A stretch of DNA of 64,000 nucleotides from an uncultured Anaerolineales bacterium. GTDB lineage: Bacteria > Chloroflexota > Anaerolineae > Anaerolineales > UBA11858. Where the stretch lies: positions 5,805 through 69,804 of the forward strand of contig CAYFMI010000004.1 of the NCBI GenBank assembly GCA_964344175.1, in the 5' to 3' direction. A model generated the notes under the pieces. The model saw only the letters and a program-made list of their open reading frames with translations. It was not told where the DNA came from and made no database searches. The stretch's first letter is position 1, and the number at the start of each line of letters is the position of its first letter. Positions 18,788 to 28,039 of the stretch are shown here, piece after piece. A program made the position numbers and the translations under genes.

Positions 18788-19789
18788 ATGATTCCAGCCC
18801 CAACAATACCCGTACCCAGTAAGAGAATATTACTTGTAGAAGATAATGATGCTATCCGTGAAGGCATTGCCCAGCACTTACAGATCGATAACTTCCTGGT
18901 TGTGCAAGCCACCAATGGCGAAGAAGCGTTAAAAGTACTCCAGCATTTTACCCCCGATTTGATCCTTTCGGACATCAATATGCCGCACAAAGACGGCATT
19001 GATCTCTATCAAGATATTCGGAAAGATCCCCGCTGGGTTACCATTCCCTTCCTGTTCCTCACCGCCGATAACTCCCCCCAAAGCATCCGCCTGGGACGCG
19101 AACTGGGCGTTGAAGATTATTTAACCAAGCCCATCAATCATCAAGACCTGGTACGCACAATCAATGGGCGCTTGCTGCGTGCGGCCGAGGTCGAAGTCGC
19201 GCATATCGGACAAGCCTATCTCGAAACCGTAACCGTGCTCGCCAATGCCATCGAAGGCCGCGACCATTACACGCGCGGTCATGTTGATCGTGTTACCCAA
19301 TACGCCCTCTGGATGGCGCAGGAACTCCGCTGGCCCGAAGAACAAATCCGCAATCTTGAGTTTGGGGCGCGCCTGCACGATATTGGAAAAGTGATTGTCC
19401 CCGATCATATCCTTAACAAGAAAGGCAAACTCACCCAGAGCGAATGGGAGTTAATGCGCCAGCATCCGGTTGCCGGAGCGAAGATGCTCGAAGGCATCAG
19501 CCATCTCCAGGCGATTCGGCCTTATGTTTTGTACCATCATGAACGCTGGGATGGTCAGGGCTACCCTGAGGGTCTCAAGCAGCGTCAAATCCCCCTTGAG
19601 GCGCGCCTGCTCGCTATTGTTGATGTTTACGATGCGCTGATTTCCGAAAGACCCTATCATCCCCCCAGGCCTCACCAGGAAGTGCTACACTATATAGAGT
19701 TAAATGCAGGCGCTTACTTTGACCCTGATCTGGTACTCATCTTCCACAAAGTGATGCAATCCCGTAGGCCCGAACAACCATCAGCATGA
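18788..19789 (+). CDS. response regulator with HD-GYP domain (c-di-GMP phosphodiesterase type)
   Basis: REC (LILSDINMP) plus HD-GYP (HDIGK, HHERWDGQGYPEG). Confidence 0.9.
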   Translation: MIPAPTIPVPSKRILLVEDNDAIREGIAQHLQIDNFLVVQATNGEEALKVLQHFTPDLILSDINMPHKDGIDLYQDIRKDPRWVTIPFLFLTADNSPQSIRLGRELGVEDYLTKPINHQDLVRTINGRLLRAAEVEVAHIGQAYLETVTVLANAIEGRDHYTRGHVDRVTQYALWMAQELRWPEEQIRNLEFGARLHDIGKVIVPDHILNKKGKLTQSEWELMRQHPVAGAKMLEGISHLQAIRPYVLYHHERWDGQGYPEGLKQRQIPLEARLLAIVDVYDALISERPYHPPRPHQEVLHYIELNAGAYFDPDLVLIFHKVMQSRRPEQPSA

Positions 19790-20796
19790 ACAACTCCCCT
19801 TCCCTGCCATCGCTTCGTAAACTTATTCTTGTCGTTGAAGATAGTGCGCAAATCCGCAATATCATTGTCCGCTCCCTCGAGCTAGAAGGCTACTCCACCA
19901 AACAAGCAAAAAATGGGGTGGACGGACTGGGGATACTCAAAGAGAGTACGCCTGACTTAATTCTCTCGGACATTAATATGCCCCAGATGGATGGGCTGCA
20001 ATTTTTTAAAGCTGTGCGGAAAAACCCCCTATGGACGGCGATCCCCTTTGTCTTTTTGACCTCCCACAGCACATCCGAAGATATTCAACGCGGGCGCGAA
20101 TTGGGGGTCGAAGACTACCTCACCAAACCCATCGAACCAGCCGATCTGGTGCGCATCATCAACGCCCGCCTGTACCGCTCTGCGGCAGTAGAGGTTGCCC
20201 AGGTTGGTCAGGCCTATTTAGACACAGTCAAGGTACTCGCAAATGTCATTGAGGGGCGAGACCGTTATACGCGCGGCCATGTCGAGCGCGTGACCATGTA
20301 CGCGCTTTGGGTTGCCAAAGCGCTCAATTGGCCTGCAGAGCATATTCGGATGTTGGAATTTGGGGGGCGCTTGCACGACATCGGCAAAATTCTCATTCCC
20401 GGAAGTGTGCTCAACAAACCCGGACGCCTAACCAACGAAGAGTGGAGCATGGTAAAAAAGCACCCGGCCGCGGGCGCAAAAATGCTTCAGGGGATCCAGC
20501 ATTTACGCGGCACCCTGCCTTATGTGCTCTACCATCACGAGCGCTGGGATGGCTCCGGTTATCCCAAAGGATTGAAGGGTAAAGACATCCCCGTGCAGGG
20601 CCGCCTGCTAGCCCTGGCCGATGTCTACGACGCCCTGACCACCGCCCGGCCTTATCACAAAGCCCGGAGTCACAGCGAGGTAATCCAAATCCTACAGGTA
20701 GATTCCGGCACACATTTCGACCCTCAGCTGGTGCCGATTTTCATCGAAATCATCAATAAACGCAGGGCAAAAGCAGCGGCGAAGAAAGCCGCCTGA
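19786..20796 (+). CDS. response regulator with HD-GYP domain (paralog of the preceding gene)
   Basis: Same architecture and collinear similarity to 18788..19789 (LILSDINMPQMDG, HDIGK, HHERWDGSGYPKG). ATGA overlap with the upstream paralog. Confidence 0.9.
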   Translation: MNNSPSLPSLRKLILVVEDSAQIRNIIVRSLELEGYSTKQAKNGVDGLGILKESTPDLILSDINMPQMDGLQFFKAVRKNPLWTAIPFVFLTSHSTSEDIQRGRELGVEDYLTKPIEPADLVRIINARLYRSAAVEVAQVGQAYLDTVKVLANVIEGRDRYTRGHVERVTMYALWVAKALNWPAEHIRMLEFGGRLHDIGKILIPGSVLNKPGRLTNEEWSMVKKHPAAGAKMLQGIQHLRGTLPYVLYHHERWDGSGYPKGLKGKDIPVQGRLLALADVYDALTTARPYHKARSHSEVIQILQVDSGTHFDPQLVPIFIEIINKRRAKAAAKKAA

Positions 20797-20820
20797 CTGG
20801 CATCAGCGCCAATAGACGCG

Positions 20821-21750
20821 TTAAACTTTCCTCAGTAAATCTCGAAAGGCAGTTTCCACATTCGGAAACCGGAAGGTATATCCCCACCTCAGCAATTGCT
20901 CCGGCAAGACGCGCTGCCCATCGAGTACCACTGTGGATACTTCGCCAAACATGGTCCGCAGTACAAATCCGGGCAGGGGCAGCCACGAAGGCCGCCGCAG
21001 CACCCTGCCCAGGGCGCTGCCAAAATCGGCATTGGGCAAGGGGTTGGGCGCGGTCAGGTTAACCGGGCCGTGCGCTTGCTCGTGTGCAATCAGAAAACGA
21101 ATCGCCGCGCCAACATCGTCGATATGCACCCAAGAATACCACTGTCGCCCGCTGCCAAATGCCCCTCCGACAAACATGCGGTAGGGCAGTAACAAGCGCG
21201 GCAGCGCCCCGCCTGCCAGACTCAGCACAACGCCAGTGCGCAAAATCACGCGGCGTACCCCAAGGGCTTCAACCGGCGCGGTGACCGCCTCCCATTGTTG
21301 AGCGATTCGGGCAATAAAATCATCCCCGGGGGGAGCGTTCTCGGTCAGGGGCGCATCGCCATGCGTGCCATAGTAACCAATCGCCGAGGCCTGTATCAGC
21401 ACGGCGGGCTTCCTTCCGGCATTTTGAATGGCCTCCACCAGCGCCAGACCCGCCTTCAGGCGGCTTTGCAAAATACGTTCCTTGCGCATTTTCGTCCAGC
21501 GGGCGGGGAAAAATCGCCTGCCGGAAATATTCTCCCCGGCCAGATTGATAACGGCATCAACATCGTTGATGATCTCTCCCCAACCCTGGGTGGTTTCTCC
21601 ATCCCATAGATGAACCTGCACTCCATCAGGCAGCCGTCCACCCGCTTCGGGTCGACGCGAGAGTACAATCGGGGTGTCACCTGCCCCCAAGAGTTGACGC
21701 ACCAATTCACGACCAATCAAACCAGTTCCGCCAGTGATCAAAATATTCAT
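20821..21750 (-). CDS. TIGR01777/YfcH-type epimerase family protein (SDR39U1-like, DUF1731 C-terminus)
   Basis: Rossmann motif ILITGGTGLIGRELV and a YfcH-like C-terminal region. Start at MNILITGG (21750), 1 nt after the stop of the upstream MerR-type gene. Confidence 0.85.
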   Translation of the reverse strand: MNILITGGTGLIGRELVRQLLGAGDTPIVLSRRPEAGGRLPDGVQVHLWDGETTQGWGEIINDVDAVINLAGENISGRRFFPARWTKMRKERILQSRLKAGLALVEAIQNAGRKPAVLIQASAIGYYGTHGDAPLTENAPPGDDFIARIAQQWEAVTAPVEALGVRRVILRTGVVLSLAGGALPRLLLPYRMFVGGAFGSGRQWYSWVHIDDVGAAIRFLIAHEQAHGPVNLTAPNPLPNADFGSALGRVLRRPSWLPLPGFVLRTMFGEVSTVVLDGQRVLPEQLLRWGYTFRFPNVETAFRDLLRKV

Positions 21751-21751
21751 G

Positions 21752-23071
21752 CTACACTCCATCTTCAAAAGTCTGTGCAAGCCAGGATACAATCGGCTGA
21801 ACTGCCTCGCCCATCACATCCAGCAAGGCATGCTGATAAGCACGCATATACAACCCCAAGCTTTCCGCGGGGAGATCAACATTACTCAGCAAACCGGAAA
21901 TCCATTCGTACTCTGGTTGCAACAAAGCCAAATCCCCCAGCCTTAGCGCAGCATGGATATTCTTCCCCAAAGAATGATTCGCCACCTGCAAATGCTGTCC
22001 AGTAATCTGGCCTTGCAAGCTCCCGAGAAGATGGCTCACTACAACTGCGTGAGCGGTGGGGAAATTTTCTATAAGTTCCTTCTCGAATTGCCCATGCGCT
22101 ATTACGAGGGCCTGCCGCGGTGATTGGATCAGCGCTTCGACACGTCCGGCGGCCTGGTATAAATCATCCCCCAAATAGAAACCGGGCAAATGCTTCTTAA
22201 GCGCGGGGGTCGCGCTAAAAACCCAGCCCCCAAAAGCCAGGGGGGTTTTTTGATACTCTAATTTTGCAGTAATTTCGAGCAGCGATGCAGCCGTATGCAA
22301 CTGATGGGCGGTCATCACCACCAATGCCGGAAAAACTGTCGCGACCATCGTTTCTAACTGAGCAAGCGGCACATCGGCCCCCAGGTTTATCACATTCCAG
22401 CCGCGATTACGCAGCAACAGGGTCATCAATAGCGCCGGAAGGGCATGCTCTTCGTTTGGGGGGCAACCCACCACAATATTCGGAGCATGGATTGGGGGCG
22501 GGGCCGCCGCAATCAACGCGTTGATGCGGCGGGCCACCAGGCCGGTTGTGAAATGCTCATGCTGAACAGTCGCTTCCCGGCGATACCAGGCCCAGCCAAT
22601 CTCAGACAGACCAGCAAACAAGACATCGAAACAAACCGTCTCAGCCGGGAATAGAGCAAAGGCATATGCGGCAACCTGTTCGGCGCGCGCTTCATCGTAA
22701 TTTAAGCAGGCTTCTACCCAGGCATTACGCAACTCGTCGATTTGGGCGCCTTCGGGAAATTCAACCGGCGCAACAACGCGTGCCCCTGTGACGGCAGTAG
22801 ATAACTCCGCCAACGGATCGCGCCCTTCGGCTTCTAACGTGCGCCACAAAGCCACCGCTTTACTGATCGACATGCCTTCATCTTGTCGCGCCAGCAGCCA
22901 CTTGATGATCTCAATGTCGCGCCGGGAATACAAACGGTGACGCCCCTCTGTGCGGGCAGGTTCGGGCAGGCCATAGCGTCGCTCCCAGGCACGCAATGTA
23001 TCGGCATGGATACCGGTCTCATGAATGACCACGCCCAAGTTGAAGGTTGGGGTAGGTGAAAATTCTGCCAT
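21752..23071 (-). CDS. MerR-family regulator with B12-binding domain (CarH/LitR-like) and C-terminal extension
   Basis: MerR HTH (FNLGVVIHETGIHADTLRAWERRYGLPEP), Wx9EH motif (WYRREATVQHEH), and a Rossmann-like B12 domain (VVGCPPNEEHALPALL...FGG). An extra helical C-terminus of about 150 aa follows. Start placed at MAEFSP (23071), which has AAAGGA upstream. Confidence 0.8.
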   Translation of the reverse strand: MAEFSPTPTFNLGVVIHETGIHADTLRAWERRYGLPEPARTEGRHRLYSRRDIEIIKWLLARQDEGMSISKAVALWRTLEAEGRDPLAELSTAVTGARVVAPVEFPEGAQIDELRNAWVEACLNYDEARAEQVAAYAFALFPAETVCFDVLFAGLSEIGWAWYRREATVQHEHFTTGLVARRINALIAAAPPPIHAPNIVVGCPPNEEHALPALLMTLLLRNRGWNVINLGADVPLAQLETMVATVFPALVVMTAHQLHTAASLLEITAKLEYQKTPLAFGGWVFSATPALKKHLPGFYLGDDLYQAAGRVEALIQSPRQALVIAHGQFEKELIENFPTAHAVVVSHLLGSLQGQITGQHLQVANHSLGKNIHAALRLGDLALLQPEYEWISGLLSNVDLPAESLGLYMRAYQHALLDVMGEAVQPIVSWLAQTFEDGV

Positions 23072-23141
23072 AGCGGTCCTTTGCGGCGATATTTCTTCCA
23101 TCGTTACTATCTGCAATCCTACCCCAAGAAGTCTACGGTGT

Positions 23142-23162
23142 CAATATTTTGCAAATATATTG
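23142..23162. promoter_or_regulatory. inverted repeat CAATAT-N9-ATATTG (candidate operator)
   Basis: Perfect 6-bp arms at 23142-23147 and 23157-23162 enclose the palindrome TTTGCAAA, in the divergent region between the MerR/B12 regulator and tex. Confidence 0.35.
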
Positions 23163-23242
23163 AAAAGAAAGCGTTGACGAAATCCGCGCATGCTGCTCTC
23201 CTAATCCGACACATTCTGAGCAGATGTGGTTTAATCGCCCCC

Positions 23243-25420
23243 ATGACATACGCAAACAAAATAGCCTCTTCACTGAAGATAACGCCCGGTCAAGTCTATG
23301 CCGCCATCGAGTTACTCGATGGCGGGAATACCATCCCCTTTATTGCCCGCTACCGCAAAGAGGCCACCGGCAGCCTGGATGAAACCCAGATCCGCCAGAT
23401 TGCCGAACAACTCAAAACACGGCGCGCCCTCGACGATCGCCGCCAGACGGTGCTGAAAACAATCTCCGAGCAAGGCAAATTAACCCCCGTATTGCGCAGC
23501 CACATCGAGGCCGCCGAGACGCGCACCGAACTCGAAGACCTTTACCAACCGTACAAACCAAAACGAAAAACCCGCGCCAGCGCTGCCCGCGCAAAAGGGC
23601 TGCAAGCGTTGGCCGACATTATCGCCAGCCAAGATACCAGCGGGAAAACACCCACTCAACTAGCAGAACGTTTTCTCAGCGAAGAGGTGCCAAGCGTGGC
23701 CGAGGCCTACGCCGGGGCGCGCGACATCCTGGCCGAAATGATCAGCGACAATGCCACCGTTCGCCAGGAGACGCGCAAGAAAGCCTCCCAATGGGGGCAA
23801 AGCCGCACACTCAAATCGAAAAATGCCGATGATCCACGCGGCGTCTATGAAACTTACTACGAATTCGAAACCCGCGTAGACCGTCTGCGCCCTCACCAAA
23901 TTTTAGCCATCAACCGCGCCGAAAAAGAGAAAGTTTTGCGGGTGGGGATCGAAATCCCTGAGCGCGACTGGCGCAATACCATTGAGGCGCACTTCCCTGC
24001 CAACCACCGCTCACCACTGGCCGAACAAATCCACCAGGCCGTGGACGATGCCGCCATCCGCCTTCTCTTACCGGCCATCGAGCGCGATGTGCGCCGCGCC
24101 CTCACCGAGCAGGCCGAAGCCCATGCTATAAAAATATTCGCAACCAACTTGCGCAACCTGCTCACCCAGCCGCCCATTACCGGGCATGTGGTCATGGGGA
24201 TCGACCCCGGCTTTCGCACCGGCTGCAAAGTTGCCATCGTAGACCCGACCGGCAAACCGCTTGCCACAGCGACAATCTACCCCCACGAACCTCAAAAGCA
24301 GGCCGGGCATTCGAAAAAGATTCTCGCAGAAGCCATCCAGCGCCACACCGTCACCCTGATTGCCATCGGCAATGGCACCGCCTCGCGCGAGACCGAGCAA
24401 CTGATCGCTAATCTGATTCAGCAACACAACCAAAGTGTCTCCCCGCAATCAGCCCTGCAGTACCTGATCGTCAACGAAGCCGGGGCCAGCGTATACAGCG
24501 CCAGCGAGCTAGCCAGAGCCGAACTACCCAATATGGACGTTGCCATGCGGGGAGCGGTCTCTATTGCCCGCCGGGTGCAAGACCCCCTGGCCGAGTTAGT
24601 CAAGATTGATCCTAAATCGATTGGCGTGGGCATGTACCAGCACGATGTCGATCAAAAAGCCCTTGCCGAAACCTTGCAAAGCGTAGTCGAGAGTGTCGTC
24701 AACCAGGTTGGCGTGGAGGCCAACACCGCCTCCCCGGCCTTGCTCGGTTATGTCTCCGGCATTGGCCCCTCTCTGGCTATGCGCATCATAGCACACCGCG
24801 ACAAACACGGCCCCTTCCGCAGCCGCAAGGATTTGCGCAACGTCTCCGGCATGGGCGCCAAGACCTTCGAGCAATCCGCTGGATTTTTGCGCATAACTGG
24901 CGGGGAAAATCCGTTGGATGCTTCCGCCATTCACCCAGAGAGTTATCCAGTCGCCCAGGCGGTCATTCAGCGCGCCGCCCTCGAGCTGGGCGCACCCCCC
25001 GAGGCGCGCGCCGCCACCCTGAGCGAATTCCGCCAGCGCACCCCCTTTGAGAATCTCGCCAATGAGCTAGGAGTCGGCATCCCCACCCTGGAAGACATCT
25101 TTGAGCAACTCGCCCGTCCGGGCCGCGACCCACGCGCCGATCTATCCCGGCCGATCCTGCGCAGCGACATCCTCAAAATGGACGACTTATCAACCGGGAT
25201 GCAGCTTAGAGGCACGGTGCGCAATGTGGTTGATTTTGGGGCTTTCATTGACATCGGCGTCAAGCAAGATGGTTTACTGCATCGCAGCCAGATTCCGCGC
25301 AGTAAACAACTCAGCGTGGGGGATATTCTCATGGTCAAGATTCTCAAAATTGAAGCCGAGCGCGGCCGGATTGGGTTGGGATGGCGCTCCGATTCGGGGG
25401 AGATTTCTAACGAATCATAG
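23243..25420 (+). CDS. tex: Tex-like transcription accessory protein (S1 RNA-binding domain)
   Basis: N-terminal GNTIPFIARYRKEATG, YqgF-like and HhH regions, C-terminal S1 domain (GTVRNVVDFGAFIDIG). Start at MTYANK (23243). Confidence 0.95.
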   Translation: MTYANKIASSLKITPGQVYAAIELLDGGNTIPFIARYRKEATGSLDETQIRQIAEQLKTRRALDDRRQTVLKTISEQGKLTPVLRSHIEAAETRTELEDLYQPYKPKRKTRASAARAKGLQALADIIASQDTSGKTPTQLAERFLSEEVPSVAEAYAGARDILAEMISDNATVRQETRKKASQWGQSRTLKSKNADDPRGVYETYYEFETRVDRLRPHQILAINRAEKEKVLRVGIEIPERDWRNTIEAHFPANHRSPLAEQIHQAVDDAAIRLLLPAIERDVRRALTEQAEAHAIKIFATNLRNLLTQPPITGHVVMGIDPGFRTGCKVAIVDPTGKPLATATIYPHEPQKQAGHSKKILAEAIQRHTVTLIAIGNGTASRETEQLIANLIQQHNQSVSPQSALQYLIVNEAGASVYSASELARAELPNMDVAMRGAVSIARRVQDPLAELVKIDPKSIGVGMYQHDVDQKALAETLQSVVESVVNQVGVEANTASPALLGYVSGIGPSLAMRIIAHRDKHGPFRSRKDLRNVSGMGAKTFEQSAGFLRITGGENPLDASAIHPESYPVAQAVIQRAALELGAPPEARAATLSEFRQRTPFENLANELGVGIPTLEDIFEQLARPGRDPRADLSRPILRSDILKMDDLSTGMQLRGTVRNVVDFGAFIDIGVKQDGLLHRSQIPRSKQLSVGDILMVKILKIEAERGRIGLGWRSDSGEISNES

Positions 25421-25517
25421 ATATTTCGTTTGCATTTTTCTAAGATTCGAGATCTATAATGGGGGCAACTGCGAGGATAAACGCAGACACATTTTGCCAA
25501 ATGCAAGGAGGCTAAAT

Positions 25518-25955
25518 ATGTATCGTAGATACCAACCCCAATCTATCTTTCGAGAGTTAGATCAACTTCAAGATCGAATGAATCGACTGTTCGATGATTT
25601 TCATGCACAACCCTCTCAGTCTCGACGCAGCTTTCCAGCCATTAATATCTGGGCCGACGAAGAAAGCGTTCGGATTACGGCTGAACTCCCCGGCATGGAG
25701 AGCAGCGACATTGATCTCAATATCTTGGAAGATACCCTGACATTGAGCGGCGAACGGGCTACCGAGTCACCCCCAGAGAGTGCCAGCTATCACCGCCGTG
25801 AGCGCGGCTTTGGCAAGTTTTCACGCAGCTTGCGCCTGCCTTACCGCGTGGATACCCAATCAAGCAAAGCGACCTTCAAAAACGGCGTGTTAGAGATCAC
25901 CCTGCCGCGCGCCGAGGAAGACCGCCCTAAGAAAATCGCCATCAAAGTTTCTTGA
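25518..25955 (+). CDS. Hsp20/alpha-crystallin family small heat-shock protein
   Basis: Alpha-crystallin domain (ITAELPGM, FKNGVLEITLPR). AGGAGG RBS precedes ATG 25518. The track's 25101 start runs inside tex in another frame. Confidence 0.9.
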   Translation: MYRRYQPQSIFRELDQLQDRMNRLFDDFHAQPSQSRRSFPAINIWADEESVRITAELPGMESSDIDLNILEDTLTLSGERATESPPESASYHRRERGFGKFSRSLRLPYRVDTQSSKATFKNGVLEITLPRAEEDRPKKIAIKVS

Positions 25956-25970
25956 TAAACGGAGGCTGAC

Positions 25971-26378
25971 ATGACAAGAGAAGGAAAATCGCTGGATACT
26001 CAAAAAGAGGAACTCGGCGAGGAACTGGGTGAGCGCACCCGCCCCGGACGTTGCTTTGTGCCCCGCACGGACATCTACGAAACCGAAGATCAAATCGTCA
26101 TCATCATGGATGTGCCCGGCGCATCGAAAGACTCGATCGTCATCAATCTCGAAAAGAATGTACTTACCATCAATGGATACCTGGCGTCTGAACCACCCGA
26201 TGGCTATACCCTGGCCCGTTCTGAGTACCCTATTGGGGACTATGAACGCAGCTTCCGTATCACCGACAAACTCGATCGGGAAGCTATTGAGGCCCAATAC
26301 AACAATGGCGTTCTCACACTGAGGTTGCCAAAGGTGCCCGAGGCCAAAAAGCGCAAAATTGCCGTAAGCGTCGGTTAG
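25971..26378 (+). CDS. Hsp20/alpha-crystallin family small heat-shock protein
   Basis: Alpha-crystallin domain (IIMDVPGA, YNNGVLTLRLPK). GGAGG RBS. Confidence 0.9.
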   Translation: MTREGKSLDTQKEELGEELGERTRPGRCFVPRTDIYETEDQIVIIMDVPGASKDSIVINLEKNVLTINGYLASEPPDGYTLARSEYPIGDYERSFRITDKLDREAIEAQYNNGVLTLRLPKVPEAKKRKIAVSVG

Positions 26379-26384
26379 TGCATT

Positions 26385-26424
26385 CGCGAAGATGGGCGCA
26401 AAAAGGGTTGTGCCCATCTTCGCG
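26385..26424 (+). other. strong stem-loop between hsp20 and the dnaJ-like gene
   Basis: Perfect 13-bp stem CGCGAAGATGGGC / GCCCATCTTCGCG with a 14-nt loop and no U-tract. Possibly an attenuator, processing or stability element. Confidence 0.5.
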
Positions 26425-26457
26425 GAAGGTTAACAGAAGTGTTATACTGGTCGCAGT

Positions 26458-27429
26458 ATGGATTATAGAGATTATTACAAAACCCTGGGCGTGGCCCGCG
26501 GCGCATCGCAAGACGAAATCAAAAAAGCCTTTCGCGGTCTTGCCCGCAAATATCACCCCGATATGAACAAGGGTGATAAACGCGCCGAGGAAAAATTCAA
26601 AGAGATCAACGAAGCCCACGAAGTACTATCTGACCCCGAAAAACGTCAAAAATACGATCAATTTGGCGCCCACTGGGGACAGTACTCACGCGCTGGGGGA
26701 CGCCCGGAAGACTTCAACTGGGATCCCTGGCGCAGGGCACAGGGCGGCTATTCCACCCAGCAAGTATCCCCTGAAGACTTACAACGCATTTTTGGAAAGA
26801 TGAGTGGACAGGGGGACGGCATGGGTGGTTTCTCAGACTTCTTCGAGGCTTTATTTGGCAATCTCGGAGGCAGCCGCGCCCCTGGCTTTGGCGGGCAGCG
26901 CGTCCAACAGCCACAACGCAGCCGAGACGTGCATCACACCGTCGAAATCACCCTTGAAGAGGCCTTCGAGGGGACAACACGGGTTTTGCAATGGGAAGAC
27001 GGCTCTAAAGTTGAGGCATCAATCCCGCCCGGCGTAAAAACTGGCTCGAAGGTTCGCCTGCGCGGCCAGGCCCGCAACACCAGAGGCGCGCAGTCTGGGG
27101 ATGTATTTCTCAATATCGAAGTACGGCCTCACCCGCTGTTTAAACGCAGCGGAGACAACCTGCGCACGAACGTGCCTGTTGGGCTGTACGATGCCCTCCT
27201 CGGCGGGGAAGTGACCGTGGCGACACTCGAGCAGCATATCAAGCTAACTATTCCCCCAGAAACCGAGAACGGCAAAGTATTCCGCTTGCGCGGGCTGGGT
27301 ATGCCCAACCTGAAAGGCGGTCAACGCGGCGATTTATTAGCCAAAGTAAATGTGCTACTCCCGAGAGAATTGAGCGACAAAGAAAAAGAACTTTTTCGGC
27401 AATTAAAGTCTTTACAAAAATCATCCTAA
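26458..27429 (+). CDS. cbpA: DnaJ-class co-chaperone without zinc finger (CbpA-like)
   Basis: J domain with HPD ([10 protein letters not shown]), a G/F-rich linker, and two DnaJ C-terminal beta domains. No CxxCxGxG repeats. Confidence 0.88.
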   Translation: MDYRDYYKTLGVARGASQDEIKKAFRGLARKYHPDMNKGDKRAEEKFKEINEAHEVLSDPEKRQKYDQFGAHWGQYSRAGGRPEDFNWDPWRRAQGGYSTQQVSPEDLQRIFGKMSGQGDGMGGFSDFFEALFGNLGGSRAPGFGGQRVQQPQRSRDVHHTVEITLEEAFEGTTRVLQWEDGSKVEASIPPGVKTGSKVRLRGQARNTRGAQSGDVFLNIEVRPHPLFKRSGDNLRTNVPVGLYDALLGGEVTVATLEQHIKLTIPPETENGKVFRLRGLGMPNLKGGQRGDLLAKVNVLLPRELSDKEKELFRQLKSLQKSS

Positions 27430-27458
27430 TTCGCTATAACACTGAAACCAATTTTCAA

Positions 27459-27492
27459 GCCGTCTCCCTATAAGACAGGCTATACTTTTTTT
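27459..27492 (+). terminator. putative intrinsic terminator after the dnaJ-like gene
   Basis: Imperfect stem GCCGTCT / AGACAGGC (one bulge) followed by TATACTTTTTTT. Confidence 0.4.
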
Positions 27493-27568
27493 ACTGTATT
27501 AATGTATGCTATACCCAACCCTTAATGCAGTCCTGGTTTGTTAGACGATATGGACGAAGGAGGCAACT

Positions 27569-28024
27569 GTGCCGAAAAGCATCACCCGAATGAACTACAA
27601 AAAAGCAAAGGGGTGGTATGTGCGGATAAAGTTTCGCGGAAAAGAGCATCGCAAATTCTTCGCCTTCCAGCGCTGGGGCAGCGAGGATGAAGCCCTTGAA
27701 GCAGCTATCGAATGGCGTGACGAAAAAGAACTCGAGCTTGGTAAGCCGCGCACGGACCGCATGGTCGTTGTCAGACGCGACAATAAGACCGGGGTCACCG
27801 GTGTTCAGCGGGCGCGACAGCACACCGGCGCCACGTATCCCGATGGCACCAAGAAACCAAATTACTCAGACGTCTATGTTGTATCCTGGTGTCCAGAACC
27901 GGGCGTGCGCAGGAATACATCGTTCTCAATTCCCAAATACGGTGAGGAAGAAGCCCGCCGAAAAGCCATAGCATTGCGCAGGAAAAAAGAAATCGAATTA
28001 TATGGCAGAACCATCTCTTCCTAA
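27569..28024 (+). CDS. AP2/ERF-type DNA-binding protein with two AP2-like domains
   Basis: GTG start 6 nt after GAAGGAGG. Two AP2-like modules: GWYVRIKFRGKEHRKFFAFQRWGSEDEALEAAIEWRDEKE and TGVTGV...YVVSWCPEPGVRRNTSFSIPKYGEEEARRKAIALRRKKE. Confidence 0.7.
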   Translation: MPKSITRMNYKKAKGWYVRIKFRGKEHRKFFAFQRWGSEDEALEAAIEWRDEKELELGKPRTDRMVVVRRDNKTGVTGVQRARQHTGATYPDGTKKPNYSDVYVVSWCPEPGVRRNTSFSIPKYGEEEARRKAIALRRKKEIELYGRTISS

Positions 28025-28039
28025 ACCGAGGGACCTACA

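Noticed and set aside
18773-18788. Sigma-54-like string AGGCAG-TATTC-TTACA just before the first HD-GYP gene
   Set aside because: The essential -12 GC is AC. The element also abuts the ATG, so a transcript would start inside the gene. Not credible.
24967-25506. 179-aa minus-strand ORF across the 3' end of tex, and the track's 25101 start for hsp20
   Set aside because: The Tex S1 domain is intact on the plus strand. The hsp20 gene has a canonical AGGAGG-ATG start at 25518, so the long 25101 frame is an out-of-frame run inside tex.
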